Counted from the stretch's first letter, positions 9,492 to 19,280 are shown. The stretch is 61,986 nt of DNA from Gemmatimonadota bacterium (GCA_039588275.1 JBDHAC010000015.1:1-61986), one strand, 5' to 3'. Made by a program: numbers and translations. Notes: a model not told the origin generated them from the letters alone.

Positions 9492-10435
9492 GGGTGCAGA
9501 GAGCCGACGCCGGATACCGCGCGGAGGTCCAATACGAGATGGCCACGGGATTACTGGCCATCGATCGAGTGTTCCTGCTCTATCTCGGTCTGACCGGAGT
9601 CCTTGCCGTGCTCGGGGGCGGAGTCCTCGGGTTCTCCCTGGCGGCCGCACACGCGGTCGCGATGCTGGCGGTCCGCCGCCTGGGCCGCCGCCCGCTCCCC
9701 CGCAACGCGGGCTGGCGCTGGCTCCGGCTGGTGTATCCGGTCGCGGCCACCCCGTTCCTGCTCTACCCGGAACTCCGATTCCTCAACCGAGTCATCACCG
9801 ACCGCCTGTTCGACGGTATGGTTCAGGGCTGGGAGCAGGCGCTTTTCGGCTCGCAGCTCAGCATGACCTTCCAAGAGTGGCTCCCCGACTTCACGCTCTC
9901 GGAGCTCCTGCACCTCGGCTATGTGTCGTACTACGCCCTGGTGCCGATCGCGCTGGTCGGCGTGTACGTCACGCGCGGTGATGCCGCGCTGCACCGCGCC
10001 GCGTTCGCGACGGCCGTCGCGTTTCTGTTCTCGTACCTGATCTTCACGGTCCTTCCCGTCGCCGGCCCCCGGTACGACTTTCCGCCGATCGGGGGCGAGG
10101 TATCCGGTGGCGCGTTCTATCAGATCGTGCACACGATCCTCGAGACCGGGTCGTCGAGAGGTACGGCGTTCCCCAGTTCGCACATCGCAGCGTCCGGCGT
10201 CGCCGTGCTGGCCGCGGGCCGCGAGGATCGCCGGTGGTTGTTGACCCTGATGCTCCCGCAGATCACCCTGGCGCTCGGGACCGTGTACGGCCGATTCCAT
10301 TACGGCGTGGACGCCATCGCAGGCGTGGCGCTAATGGTGGCGATCTGGCTCGCTGCCCCCCGCCTCGCAGGCTTGTTTGGCAGGCAACCCGATCAGTCGC
10401 TCGGGTATCAAAGGAGTGACTTGAAGCAGCTCTAG
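9488..10435 (+). CDS. PAP2-family membrane phosphotransferase (Aur1/IPC-synthase-like)
   Basis: ATGA overlap with the upstream gene; multiple TM segments; GYVSYY, PVAGPR, AFPSSH, GRFHYGVD. Confidence 0.8.
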   Translation: MRVQRADAGYRAEVQYEMATGLLAIDRVFLLYLGLTGVLAVLGGGVLGFSLAAAHAVAMLAVRRLGRRPLPRNAGWRWLRLVYPVAATPFLLYPELRFLNRVITDRLFDGMVQGWEQALFGSQLSMTFQEWLPDFTLSELLHLGYVSYYALVPIALVGVYVTRGDAALHRAAFATAVAFLFSYLIFTVLPVAGPRYDFPPIGGEVSGGAFYQIVHTILETGSSRGTAFPSSHIAASGVAVLAAGREDRRWLLTLMLPQITLALGTVYGRFHYGVDAIAGVALMVAIWLAAPRLAGLFGRQPDQSLGYQRSDLKQL

Positions 10436-10444
10436 AGGAGCGGC

Positions 10445-10999
10445 GTGGAAGAAAAGGAACTTCTGGAGCGCGCCAGAGCCGGGGATCGGCGCGCGATGGG
10501 TGAGTTGTATGAAACCCATGCGCGGCGTGTGTATACGGTCGTCCGTCGGCTGGTCGGTGATGACCACTTGGCCGAGGATCTGGCGCAGGAGGCTTGGGTG
10601 CGCGCGTTCGAGAAGCTCCACCTCTTCCGGGGTGAGGCAGCGTTCGGGACGTGGATCTACCGCCTCGCCACCAACGTGGCGCTGAACCGTCTCCGCCGCT
10701 CCTCGAAACGGGAGGGGGTGGAAGCCGCCGCGGAGCTACCGAGGGTCGCGAAGGCGCCCGATGAGGCCGTCGTGAACCGGCGGGTCCTCGCCGTGGCGCT
10801 GGACCAGCTACCACCGGGGTACCGGCAGGTCCTGGTCTTGCACGATATCGAGGGCTGGACCCACGAGGAGATCGCGACGAGCCTGAATTGCTCCGCCGGG
10901 ACCTCGAAGTCGCAGCTCCATAAAGCGCGCGCGCGCATGCGGAATCTGATCGCCCCGTTGGCGGATTCCGAGAGCGCCAGCGGTGAGGCCCGAGTTTGA
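10445..10999 (+). CDS. ECF sigma-70 factor (RpoE-like)
   Basis: RBS GAGGAG; AEDLAQEAW, FRGEAAFGTWIYRLATN, LPPGYR...HEEIA...GTSKSQLHKAR. Confidence 0.93.
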   Translation: MEEKELLERARAGDRRAMGELYETHARRVYTVVRRLVGDDHLAEDLAQEAWVRAFEKLHLFRGEAAFGTWIYRLATNVALNRLRRSSKREGVEAAAELPRVAKAPDEAVVNRRVLAVALDQLPPGYRQVLVLHDIEGWTHEEIATSLNCSAGTSKSQLHKARARMRNLIAPLADSESASGEARV

Positions 11000-11061
11000 A
11001 CGGCGGGCTCGACGAGACACGACGTTGACGGCATTGAGGACGATGCGAGGAAAGTACCGAC

Positions 11062-11778
11062 ATGGCTGAGCACCTGACGCTCGAACGGATCTCCGCCCTC
11101 CTGGATGAACCTTGGGTGGACCTGGACGCGGAGGCGCACCTCGAGAGGTGCGGGTCCTGCCGCGTGGAGTACGAGCGACTGAGCCGCACGCGAATGGCGA
11201 TCTCGGCGCTCGGCGAGCTCGATCCGCCCGCCGGGGAATGGGCGGCGATCGAGGCGCGGCTCGATGCGAGCCTCAGAGAGGACCGCTCGGTCGTGCCACT
11301 TCGAAATCGAGCTGCGGGGAAGCTGCTCCGGAGCCCCGCACTTCAGGCGGCTGCCGCATTGACCTTGTTCGCGGGAGGTGTCTTGGCCGGGCTCCAATTC
11401 ACCGGCTCCGGACCCACGGCGGATGCGCCGACGACGGCGGCTGCCGTCTCGAACGATGCTCGCGGGGAGCTGCCGGTAGCGCTTCCGGCCTCCAATGGCG
11501 AAGCGGCGTATCTGAACGCCGTGGCCGAGATGGAGACCCTGGGATTGCCGCTGCGTCGGGCGAGTCTGTCGCGCCCGGACGGCTCGTTGGACCCGATCGC
11601 GACCGCAGAGTTGATCCGGAGGTTGGACGCGGCGATCGAGGCTTCCCGCGAGGCCGTGATGCGCTCGCCCGAGAACCCGCTGGCGAGCGCGACCCTGTTC
11701 CAACTCGTGGACTATCGGAGCGAGCTGGCGAGCCGCCTGGATCAATCGGCGCACCTGACGCGAGCCGAGGCCTGGTGA
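11062..11778 (+). CDS. Membrane anti-sigma factor (zf-HC2)
   Basis: HLERCGSC zinc motif, single TM helix, directly after the sigma gene. Confidence 0.8.
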   Translation: MAEHLTLERISALLDEPWVDLDAEAHLERCGSCRVEYERLSRTRMAISALGELDPPAGEWAAIEARLDASLREDRSVVPLRNRAAGKLLRSPALQAAAALTLFAGGVLAGLQFTGSGPTADAPTTAAAVSNDARGELPVALPASNGEAAYLNAVAEMETLGLPLRRASLSRPDGSLDPIATAELIRRLDAAIEASREAVMRSPENPLASATLFQLVDYRSELASRLDQSAHLTRAEAW

Positions 11779-11846
11779 GCGCGCCGTGGAGAGCAAGCGC
11801 TCGGCCGGTGCAGACATAGATTTTCTGAGGTGATGATAGGCTGTTC

Positions 11847-12992
11847 ATGATGAAGAGGATGCAAACATCGATGGACGCGCGGATGCGACGCGCGGCCGGG
11901 AGAAGCGGGGCGCTGTGTACGGTGCTGGCGCTTCTCGTCGCGGCGCCGCTCGGTGCGCAGAACGTTCAGACGCCCCGCCCCCCGGCTCCACCGGGGTGGA
12001 TCGGCGTCTGGGTCGCCCCGCACTACGAGTGCGCATGGGGCACGGCCGAGAAGTGGAAGCCTTGCGAGCTGGTCCTGCACGTGGACGAGCTGGTCCAGAA
12101 CGGGCCGGCCGCACGTGCCGGCGTGGTCGTCGGCGACCGACTGATCGCCCTCAACGGTCAGGCCTTCACGGTCGAGTCCGCCACCCGAGTGTTCAGTGGC
12201 CTGCGCCCCGGGACACCTGTCACGCTGGACATCCGACGCGATGACGAACACCGATTCGTGCGGATCGTCCCGGCCTCACGACCGGCCGAGGCGCCTCGAC
12301 GCCGAAATCCCGTACGGGCGATCACCGTGACGCAACGGCTCCCACAGGTGTACGTGATCACGTCTGGAGAGCTGCGCACGGACGGCGTGACTTCGCTGGC
12401 CTTCACGATTCGGCGGGAGGGACAGGAGGTCGAGGTCGTCCCCTCGGCGATTCGCGTCCGGGATGGAGCGCTACACGTGGCGCCGATCGAGGAGGATTTC
12501 GACATCGGGGAGATCGACCTCGTCGAGGCGTTGCCGATCCGGGTCGATCTGGGACGCGAGCTCCGCGCAGTGTGGGATTCCACGTACAGGATGTGGCTGG
12601 ACAAGCTGGTCATGCTCGGCGAGAGGATCGCCGTCGAGCTGGCACCCGGAGAGCCCGTGTCCGTCACCCTCGACCGCAGGCGGCTGGGGAGCGTCGTCGA
12701 AGCGGCGATCGGTCGTCACCTGGCTGGGGCCGCGTTCGAGCCCGTGCGTGGCAGGGTCGCGAGATCGCTCGCCGGGATCGACAGCGGGCTACTGGTTCAG
12801 CGCGTGATCCCGGGAACGCCCGCCGCCCGGCTCGGCCTCCGGTCCGGAGACGTGGTGATCGAAGCGGGGGGCGAGGAGTGCACCGAGGTCGAGCACCTGC
12901 GTCAGGTTCTCATCAAGGGTCCCGAGGAGGACGTCACCGTGAAGTGGGTGCGCGATGGAACCACGATGACGGGCGTGCTCACCCGACCCTGA
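11847..12992 (+). CDS. Secreted protein with two PDZ domains
   Basis: Signal peptide; GPAARAGVVVGDRLIALNG and GTPAARLGLRSGDVVIEAGG. Confidence 0.8.
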   Translation: MMKRMQTSMDARMRRAAGRSGALCTVLALLVAAPLGAQNVQTPRPPAPPGWIGVWVAPHYECAWGTAEKWKPCELVLHVDELVQNGPAARAGVVVGDRLIALNGQAFTVESATRVFSGLRPGTPVTLDIRRDDEHRFVRIVPASRPAEAPRRRNPVRAITVTQRLPQVYVITSGELRTDGVTSLAFTIRREGQEVEVVPSAIRVRDGALHVAPIEEDFDIGEIDLVEALPIRVDLGRELRAVWDSTYRMWLDKLVMLGERIAVELAPGEPVSVTLDRRRLGSVVEAAIGRHLAGAAFEPVRGRVARSLAGIDSGLLVQRVIPGTPAARLGLRSGDVVIEAGGEECTEVEHLRQVLIKGPEEDVTVKWVRDGTTMTGVLTRP

Positions 12993-13000
12993 CCTCCGCG

Positions 13001-13026
13001 GAGGCGCGCCATCCGCGGCGCGCCTC
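13001..13026. terminator. GC-rich hairpin between convergent genes
   Basis: GAGGCGCGCC-ATCCGC-GGCGCGCCTC, perfect 10-bp stem; no U-tract. Confidence 0.5.
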
Positions 13027-13065
13027 AGGGCTTGGAATCGAGCGAAACCCTCCGTCAGTCGCCGT

Positions 13066-13103
13066 CTTTGACCCGTTACCTCACCTTTGACCCGTTACCT
13101 CAC
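13066..13103. repeat. Perfect 19-bp tandem duplication
   Basis: CTTTGACCCGTTACCTCAC at 13066-13084 and 13085-13103, covering the stop codon of the P460 gene. Confidence 0.9.
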
Positions 13104-13664
13104 CCCGGCCGAGCCAAGCTCGCTGGTGAAGATGTAGTCGTTGTCGGCCTTCCCCGTATGACAGCCGATGCACATCTGCGCCATGCCCTCCGGTCCGCCC
13201 TCCGCCGCAATGGTGCCGTCCGCGTCCCGCTTCAACCACCACCAATCGTTGTGCTCCGGATCGAAGCCGGCGGCCTTGTACATGACTGTCGTCGCCGCGT
13301 GCGTTCCATCGCCCATGAAGTTCTCCTTCACGATGATGGCGCCCACGGGCATGCGCCCGGCGCCGTTCGTCAGGGCGTCCAGCGCGAGGTCGTTGAGGTA
13401 GGTGGTGAGGAGCATCCCGTGCGGTTCGGCACCCTGGTATTGCTCACCCTTGCCCGGCCACAGGGACCAGCTCGTGTAGTCGGATGATTGCAGGTGCTCC
13501 CACACGGCCGCCGCGGTCGGCTCGGGCATGGACACTTCGGCTGCCGCTTCCACCTCGGGCTCGACCTCTGCCGTCGCATCGGCCTCCTGGTCGCCCGGGG
13601 CGCACGCGCCGAGCACGAGCGCACCGCTCACAACGGCAAACCGCAACATCGATCGGCGACGCAT
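13095..13664 (-). CDS. Cytochrome P460-family lipoprotein
   Basis: Lipobox LGAC; MPVGAIIVKENF, VMYKAAGFDPEHNDWWW, C-terminal CIGCH then DNDYIF. Confidence 0.8.
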   Translation of the reverse strand: MRRRSMLRFAVVSGALVLGACAPGDQEADATAEVEPEVEAAAEVSMPEPTAAAVWEHLQSSDYTSWSLWPGKGEQYQGAEPHGMLLTTYLNDLALDALTNGAGRMPVGAIIVKENFMGDGTHAATTVMYKAAGFDPEHNDWWWLKRDADGTIAAEGGPEGMAQMCIGCHTGKADNDYIFTSELGSAGVR

Positions 13665-13835
13665 GGCTCCTCCTCGTAAGGCATTGAAAGGACGGTGGCT
13701 GGACCTTCGCGAGATCCGCTCCGAAACCGGCCGATTGTCATGAGAACACCGGAACGGGGCGCAAGGATCCCGTTAGCGGGGTACTTTTTTTGCGCGAGCA
13801 TCGACGCGCGACGTCAGATACACGAGGGGTGATAC

Positions 13836-15830
13836 ATGAGGGCGCGGACTCTGGATACCGAGGTGGCAAGGCTCACCGTGCTCGCGCTCATCCTGTTGGG
13901 GGTGGGTGTCCGACCGGCCGATGGGCAGGGTGACACAGGTACGGCGACCGGTGTCCCGCCATCCCTGGTGGTGGACCACCCGGTGTTCGCGCCGGTCATC
14001 CCACCGGCCGGGTACCTCCGTGCAGTCGAGACCGGGACCCGAACACCGGACGGACGACCCGGCGCCAGGTACTGGCAGCAGCGGGTTGACTACACCATAC
14101 AGGCCTCGCTCCAGCCCGAGACGGCCACCCTGTCCGGCAGCGAGGTCATCCGATACACCAACCGCGCGCCGAGCGAGATTCGGCGCCTGTTCGTCCGCCT
14201 GTATCAGAACGTCTTCAGCGAGGGGGTCGAGCGGAATCGCGCGGTGCGGATCACCGGCGGCATGACGCTCCGTCGGGTCGCGGCGCAGGGTCGCACGCTG
14301 GAGCGCCTGCCGCCGAGCGGCCGGGGTGCGGAGGGCGAGTGGGCGGGCTACACCATCGACGGGACGGTCGCTCGAATCATCCTGCCCGAGGCGATCCCCT
14401 CCGGCGGAGTCACGGAGCTCGAGTTCGAGTGGGAGTACACGATCCCGGGCGACGACGCCTTCCGGACGGGGCACATCGATCACCATGTCTTCAACGTGGC
14501 GCAGTGGTACCCGCAGATCGCGGTCGTGGACGACGTGTACGGGTTCGACGCGAGCCCGTATCTGGGCGACGGCGAGTTCTACCTGGAGTACGGCTCGTTC
14601 GATGTTTCTCTCACGGTTCCGGACGGCTGGCTTGTGGCGGCGACGGGAGAATTGCGGAACGGTCCCTCGCTGCTCCCCGAGTCCGTGCGGAGGCGTCTCG
14701 CGGGGGCGCTTCAGTCGAACGAGGTGGTCCGCATCGCATCGGGCGAGGACCTGGCGCCCGGCACTCCGATCGGCGCCGGTCGGACCTGGCATTTCCACGC
14801 GGATCGCGTGCGCGACTTCGCGTTCGCGACGAGTGACCGCTACGTGTGGGATGCGGTCGGGGCCGATGTCGGGGGCGAGCGCGGGAGGGTGCTGGTGCAA
14901 GCCATGTACGATCCCGCCCTCGAGCACTGGCGGGACGCGGCGGCGTTCTCCAAGCATTCGATCGAGTTCTTCAGCCGCCACATCCTTCCCTACCCGTACC
15001 CGCACGCCACCGCCGCATACGGTCCGATCGGCGGCATGGAGTACCCGATGTTGGTGTTCATCGGGCGCTCTCGACCGGGGGAGCCCCTGTATAGCGTGCT
15101 CGCGCACGAGTTCAGCCATGAATGGTTCCCGATGATCGTCGGGTCGCCTGAGGCCGCTTTCGCCTGGATGGACGAGGGCCTCACCTCGTTCAACGAGTCG
15201 TTGGCGCGAGCCGACTACTTCGGGCACCAGGACTCCCGTATGCAGGACCAGGACAGGTACCTGCAGGCCGCGCGAGCCGAGATCGAGGCACCGCTCATGC
15301 AACACACCGACTACGTGCAGAGCGGGTTCGGGCGGGGAGTCGCCGCGTACACGAAACCGGCGACGCTGATGCACGCACTTCGCCGGGTCCTGGGATCGGA
15401 GACGTTCGATCGCGCGTACCGGACGTACGCCAGGGCCTGGAGGTACCGGCACCCGTACCCATGGGATTTCTTCCGGGTGATGGAGTCCGAGGCGGACGTC
15501 GATCTGGACTGGTTCTGGCGCTCGTGGTTCTACGACACCGTCACGCTCGACCAGGCGATCGACACCGTGGATGAGGAGGATGGCGTGCTGAGCGTGACGA
15601 TCACGAACCTGGGCGGCGCCGTGATGCCGATAGAGATGGAGCTCCGGTTGGAGGATGGGAGCTCGGAGCGCGTGATGTGGCCGGTCGAGGTGTGGGCGGG
15701 CACCCGTAGCGTGACCCGACGGCTGCAAGTGTCACGACACGTGGCGAGGATCATCCTCGATCCCGGGCGCTTCTATCCGGACCTCGATCGGTCGAATAAC
15801 GTGTGGCCTGCGGACTCCTCCATACCGTAG
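13836..15830 (+). CDS. M1-family zinc aminopeptidase, secreted
   Basis: Signal peptide; YWQQRVDY, GGMEYP, HEFSHEWFPM...WMDEG, YTKPA. Confidence 0.9.
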   Translation: MRARTLDTEVARLTVLALILLGVGVRPADGQGDTGTATGVPPSLVVDHPVFAPVIPPAGYLRAVETGTRTPDGRPGARYWQQRVDYTIQASLQPETATLSGSEVIRYTNRAPSEIRRLFVRLYQNVFSEGVERNRAVRITGGMTLRRVAAQGRTLERLPPSGRGAEGEWAGYTIDGTVARIILPEAIPSGGVTELEFEWEYTIPGDDAFRTGHIDHHVFNVAQWYPQIAVVDDVYGFDASPYLGDGEFYLEYGSFDVSLTVPDGWLVAATGELRNGPSLLPESVRRRLAGALQSNEVVRIASGEDLAPGTPIGAGRTWHFHADRVRDFAFATSDRYVWDAVGADVGGERGRVLVQAMYDPALEHWRDAAAFSKHSIEFFSRHILPYPYPHATAAYGPIGGMEYPMLVFIGRSRPGEPLYSVLAHEFSHEWFPMIVGSPEAAFAWMDEGLTSFNESLARADYFGHQDSRMQDQDRYLQAARAEIEAPLMQHTDYVQSGFGRGVAAYTKPATLMHALRRVLGSETFDRAYRTYARAWRYRHPYPWDFFRVMESEADVDLDWFWRSWFYDTVTLDQAIDTVDEEDGVLSVTITNLGGAVMPIEMELRLEDGSSERVMWPVEVWAGTRSVTRRLQVSRHVARIILDPGRFYPDLDRSNNVWPADSSIP

Positions 15831-15886
15831 CCAGGTCGCGAGACTCGAGTGAGGCGGGTCTCCGCATGAAGCGAGGCGGCACCCGA

Positions 15887-17239
15887 ATGGAGCCGCGCGA
15901 CGGGAAGCACCAGCAGACACGAGTGAACACGGGATCAGTGACGACAGCGGGGCACGCCTCGGAGCGGCCGGCCGGTGACTCGGCGTCCGAAGGAATCTGG
16001 CATCGCTACGCCGAGTATCTGGCGAGCTCACCCGAGACGGTCGTGCAGTGGAAGGACCCGGAGACGACGGCGCGGGGTTGGCTTGTCATCAATAGCCTCA
16101 GAGGCGGTGCGGCGGGCGGCGGGACACGGATGCGCATGGGACTCACCAGTGACGAGGTCGTGTTTCTCGCCAAGGTGATGGAGCTCAAGTTCTCGATCTC
16201 GGGTCCCCCGATGGGTGGCGCCAAATCCGGGATCGACTTCGATCCCGATGACCCGCGCAAGCGCGCAGTGCTACGCCGGTGGTTTCGTGCGATCCGACCT
16301 TACCTCGAGAGCTGCTACTCGACGGCCGGCGATCTGAACGTGGATGAGGTGCGCGAGGTCGTTCCCATCTGCTCGGAAATAGGCCTCCACCACCCGCAGC
16401 AAGGGCTGGCGCGCGGTCATCTCGGCCTGCGTGAGGAGGATCTGGCGCGTCGCCTCGCGGCGGTGCGCGATGGCCTCGGACAGCTGGTCGAAGGCGAGCT
16501 CGGGGTGCCCGGCCTTCCGCTCCCCGTGGCCGACCTCGTCACCGGGTTCAGCGTGGCGATCGCTGCCCGGAGGTTGCTGGAACGCCAGGGCCGCTCCCTA
16601 GAAGGTGTTCGTGTCTTGTTGGAGGGTTTCGGACGAGTCGGCGGGGCGGCCGCGCTGTACCTGTCGGGCTGGGGCTCCCGGCTCGTGGGGATCGTCGACG
16701 ATCGCAACGCCCTGGTGTGCGAGGAGGGCCTCGACGAATCCGCCGTCGCGGATCTGCTGCGGCGCCGGATGGGCAATCGCTTGCCCGAGGGGCAGGGAGA
16801 TGAGGCAGGGAAGGGGTCGGCGGACGCTCGTGAGCGATTCGGGACCGTACCGGCCGATCTGTTCGTGTGCGCCGCCGCGTCCGGGACGGTGACGCCAGCG
16901 GTCCTGGACCGCCTCGAGGTCCAGGGGGTGGAGAGCATCATCTGCGGGGCCAATCATCCCTTCGATGCGGCGTTCCCGGGGGACACGTCGCTCGAGCGCG
17001 ATGCCGATGCCCGATTTGCGGTCGTGGCGGACTTCATCGCGAACTGCGGGACGGCGCATGCGTTCGCCGTTCAGATCCAACGGGACGATCCGGTCGTGCC
17101 CGACGAGATCTTCGATTCGATCGAGATGACGGTGTGCGCGGCGCTGGACGAAGCCGTCGCACGCGCCGGGAACCCGCGACGGGGACTGCTCGCTGCCGCG
17201 ATCGACGCAGCGCTCGAGCGCTGCGCCACCGCGTCGTAG
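15887..17239 (+). CDS. Glu/Leu/Phe/Val dehydrogenase-family protein (start uncertain, 15866 or 15887)
   Basis: INSLRGGAAGGGTRMR, GGAKSGIDFDP, TAGDLNVDE, LEGFGRVGG, CGANHPF, DFIANCG. Confidence 0.85.
   Translation: MEPRDGKHQQTRVNTGSVTTAGHASERPAGDSASEGIWHRYAEYLASSPETVVQWKDPETTARGWLVINSLRGGAAGGGTRMRMGLTSDEVVFLAKVMELKFSISGPPMGGAKSGIDFDPDDPRKRAVLRRWFRAIRPYLESCYSTAGDLNVDEVREVVPICSEIGLHHPQQGLARGHLGLREEDLARRLAAVRDGLGQLVEGELGVPGLPLPVADLVTGFSVAIAARRLLERQGRSLEGVRVLLEGFGRVGGAAALYLSGWGSRLVGIVDDRNALVCEEGLDESAVADLLRRRMGNRLPEGQGDEAGKGSADARERFGTVPADLFVCAAASGTVTPAVLDRLEVQGVESIICGANHPFDAAFPGDTSLERDADARFAVVADFIANCGTAHAFAVQIQRDDPVVPDEIFDSIEMTVCAALDEAVARAGNPRRGLLAAAIDAALERCATAS
16500..16543 (+). repeat. 44-bp exact direct repeat, copy 1
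   Basis: TCGGGGTGCCCGGCCTTCCGCTCCCCGTGGCCGACCTCGTCACC, identical to 19736-19779. Confidence 0.95.
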
Positions 17240-17290
17240 CAGGCTCCCCTAGGTAGGTAGCGGCTTCCCTCGGGAAGTTGCGGGCTCCCC

Positions 17291-18037
17291 TCAGGAGCTC
17301 GTGGAGTCCGCCAGGGTCACGAGCTCCGGCCGCACGGTGAGGATCAGCGTCGGCTGGTCGATCGGCTTCGTGCTGCCCAGCACGACCGTCTTTCCGACCG
17401 GCACCGCCATCGATGTCTGGATCACGTTGCCAAGCGTCTGCACGACGAGCTCCACGCTCAACGCCACTGACGCCTTGTCCGATGAGCCGCGGATCTCGCG
17501 CACGGTCGCGGCGATGAACATCTCGCGCAGGCCATCGTGGAGTTGCTGGCTGGAGCCGGTCCCTTCCATGGCAGCCATGTTGGTCTCCGCGACCAGCCGG
17601 TAGCCTTCGAAGCGGAATAGCTCTCGGAGCGCGGACTCGACGTCCCGGATCCGCGGATCCGGCTGACCCGGACCGTCCGCCTCGATGATCTGGAAGATGA
17701 GCCGCACGCCAGGCTTGGGCCGGTCGTACTCGGCCAGCACCCGGCCGATTCTGTCCAAATTATCGGGCGTCTCGCGGACCGTCAGCCCGCCGGAGAAAGC
17801 CGTGACCAGCCCCGGGGACTCCTCGCGGTCGGCGTATACGTACGGGGTCACCATTTCGACGGCCTCGCCCGGATTCAGGTACTGGAGCTCGAAGGTCCGG
17901 GTGTCGAGGTCGGGGCCACCGCCGCAGGCATGAAAGGCAGCCAGGACGACCGGCCACAGCGCAACGTGTACCCCGCCCCAGGCTCTCCAGGATCGCAATC
18001 GCGAGGCGGCGTGGTGGAACAGGCCGCGTGCATGCAT
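17291..18037 (-). CDS. Putative lipoprotein with a secretin N-domain-like fold
   Basis: RBS AGGAGA, ATG 18037; HACGG; RTFELQYL...LTVRETPDNLDRIGRVLAEYDRP; C-terminal GKTVVLGS...LILTVRPELV. Confidence 0.6.
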   Translation of the reverse strand: MHARGLFHHAASRLRSWRAWGGVHVALWPVVLAAFHACGGGPDLDTRTFELQYLNPGEAVEMVTPYVYADREESPGLVTAFSGGLTVRETPDNLDRIGRVLAEYDRPKPGVRLIFQIIEADGPGQPDPRIRDVESALRELFRFEGYRLVAETNMAAMEGTGSSQQLHDGLREMFIAATVREIRGSSDKASVALSVELVVQTLGNVIQTSMAVPVGKTVVLGSTKPIDQPTLILTVRPELVTLADSTSS

Positions 18038-18112
18038 GAGAGTCTCTCCTCTGTTCGGGTCTCGGCTCGTCCCGCGAAGCGATCGCACCGGCCGAGCGAG
18101 GCCTGTGAACGC

Positions 18113-18673
18113 TCAGTAGAACCACACGACGGTGACGGAGGGATCGCTCGTCTCGAACACGGCGACGCGACCCTGCACCGGGACCTCGACGCTGAGCCCC
18201 GCCAGCGACTCCACGGCTACAGTAGGCTCGGACCCAGGAAACGCGGAGGGACCGGACGGGCCGATCTCTTCCAGGCCGGGACCGCGTGGACCCGCGGTCA
18301 GCACCAGCGCGGCGATCGCGGCCGCAGCCGCGACGGGGACCGGAGCCCACCACCTCCCGCGCCGTGGATCTGGGGAGTCCACGGCGCCACTCCTGCGTCG
18401 GCGACGGGTGGGCAGTCCTCGATCGGCGACCGCCTTCCCCCCGACGGTCGCGCGTCCCTCACGGGCCACGCGGACCGCCTCTTCCTCGCTCATCCGGGGC
18501 TGGAGATGCCCGAGATCCGCCGCTAGCCCCTCCGTTTCGTCGAGAATGCGCGTCGCGAGCGCCTGGCAGGCCATGCAGGTCCGCACGTGCCGGGCGACGA
18601 CGGACTCTCCGTGGCCGGCGAGCGCGGTAGCGGATGCCTCGAGAAACTGCTCGCGGATGTCCGTGCAATTCAT
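18113..18673 (-). CDS. Anti-sigma factor (zf-HC2)
   Basis: MNC...HVRTCMAC, one TM helix; ATGA overlap with the sigma gene. Confidence 0.75.
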   Translation of the reverse strand: MNCTDIREQFLEASATALAGHGESVVARHVRTCMACQALATRILDETEGLAADLGHLQPRMSEEEAVRVAREGRATVGGKAVADRGLPTRRRRRSGAVDSPDPRRGRWWAPVPVAAAAAIAALVLTAGPRGPGLEEIGPSGPSAFPGSEPTVAVESLAGLSVEVPVQGRVAVFETSDPSVTVVWFY

Positions 18674-19280
18674 CGTGTAGACCCCTTCCGCAGATCCGGG
18701 TCGCGCTCGAGGATCCAGGCTCGAATCCGTCTTCTCGCCTTGAACAAGTGCACCCGCACGGTGCCCGGATTCATGTCCAGCATCTCCGCGACCTCCGCGG
18801 GGGCGAACCCCTGGAGATCGATCAGGTCGAACAGCTCACGCTGCTTCGCCGGCAGCGCCTGTAGGAGGTGGTCGATCCCCTCGATCAGGTCCTCCGCGTG
18901 CAGGCGTCCGAGGACCCGCTCCTCGGTTCCCAGCACGGCCTGGGTGCCCCCGATGGCGCTCCGTCTCCGAGCGCGCCTCCCGCTCCGGACTGCGCGTGGC
19001 TCGCCGCGGCGTTGCGCGTCACCCCGTACAGCCATGTGGTGAAGCGCCCGCGACCCTCCCAGGAGGGGAGGTGGCGGTACAGTCGAACCAGTACCTGCTG
19101 CGTCACGTCCTCGGCCTCATCCGGGTCTCCGACTCGCACCAGTGCCCAGCGGTAGATTCGCCGATAGCAACGGCGGACGAGCGCGTCGAACGCGGCCTCA
19201 TCACCGCGCGCCGCGCGTCGCGCGAGCTCATCGACCGCTTCGTCTCCAGGTCCGAGCCGTCGACTGGCGAGTTCGTGCAC
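18670..19280 (-). pseudogene. ECF sigma factor split by a frameshift near 18970-19005
   Basis: Region 2 (AEDVTQQV, FTTWLYGVTRN) in the 18885-19328 frame; region 4 (LPAKQRELF...EVAEML...GTVRVHLFKAR) in the 18670-19035 frame; a -1 shift joins them. Confidence 0.8.
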
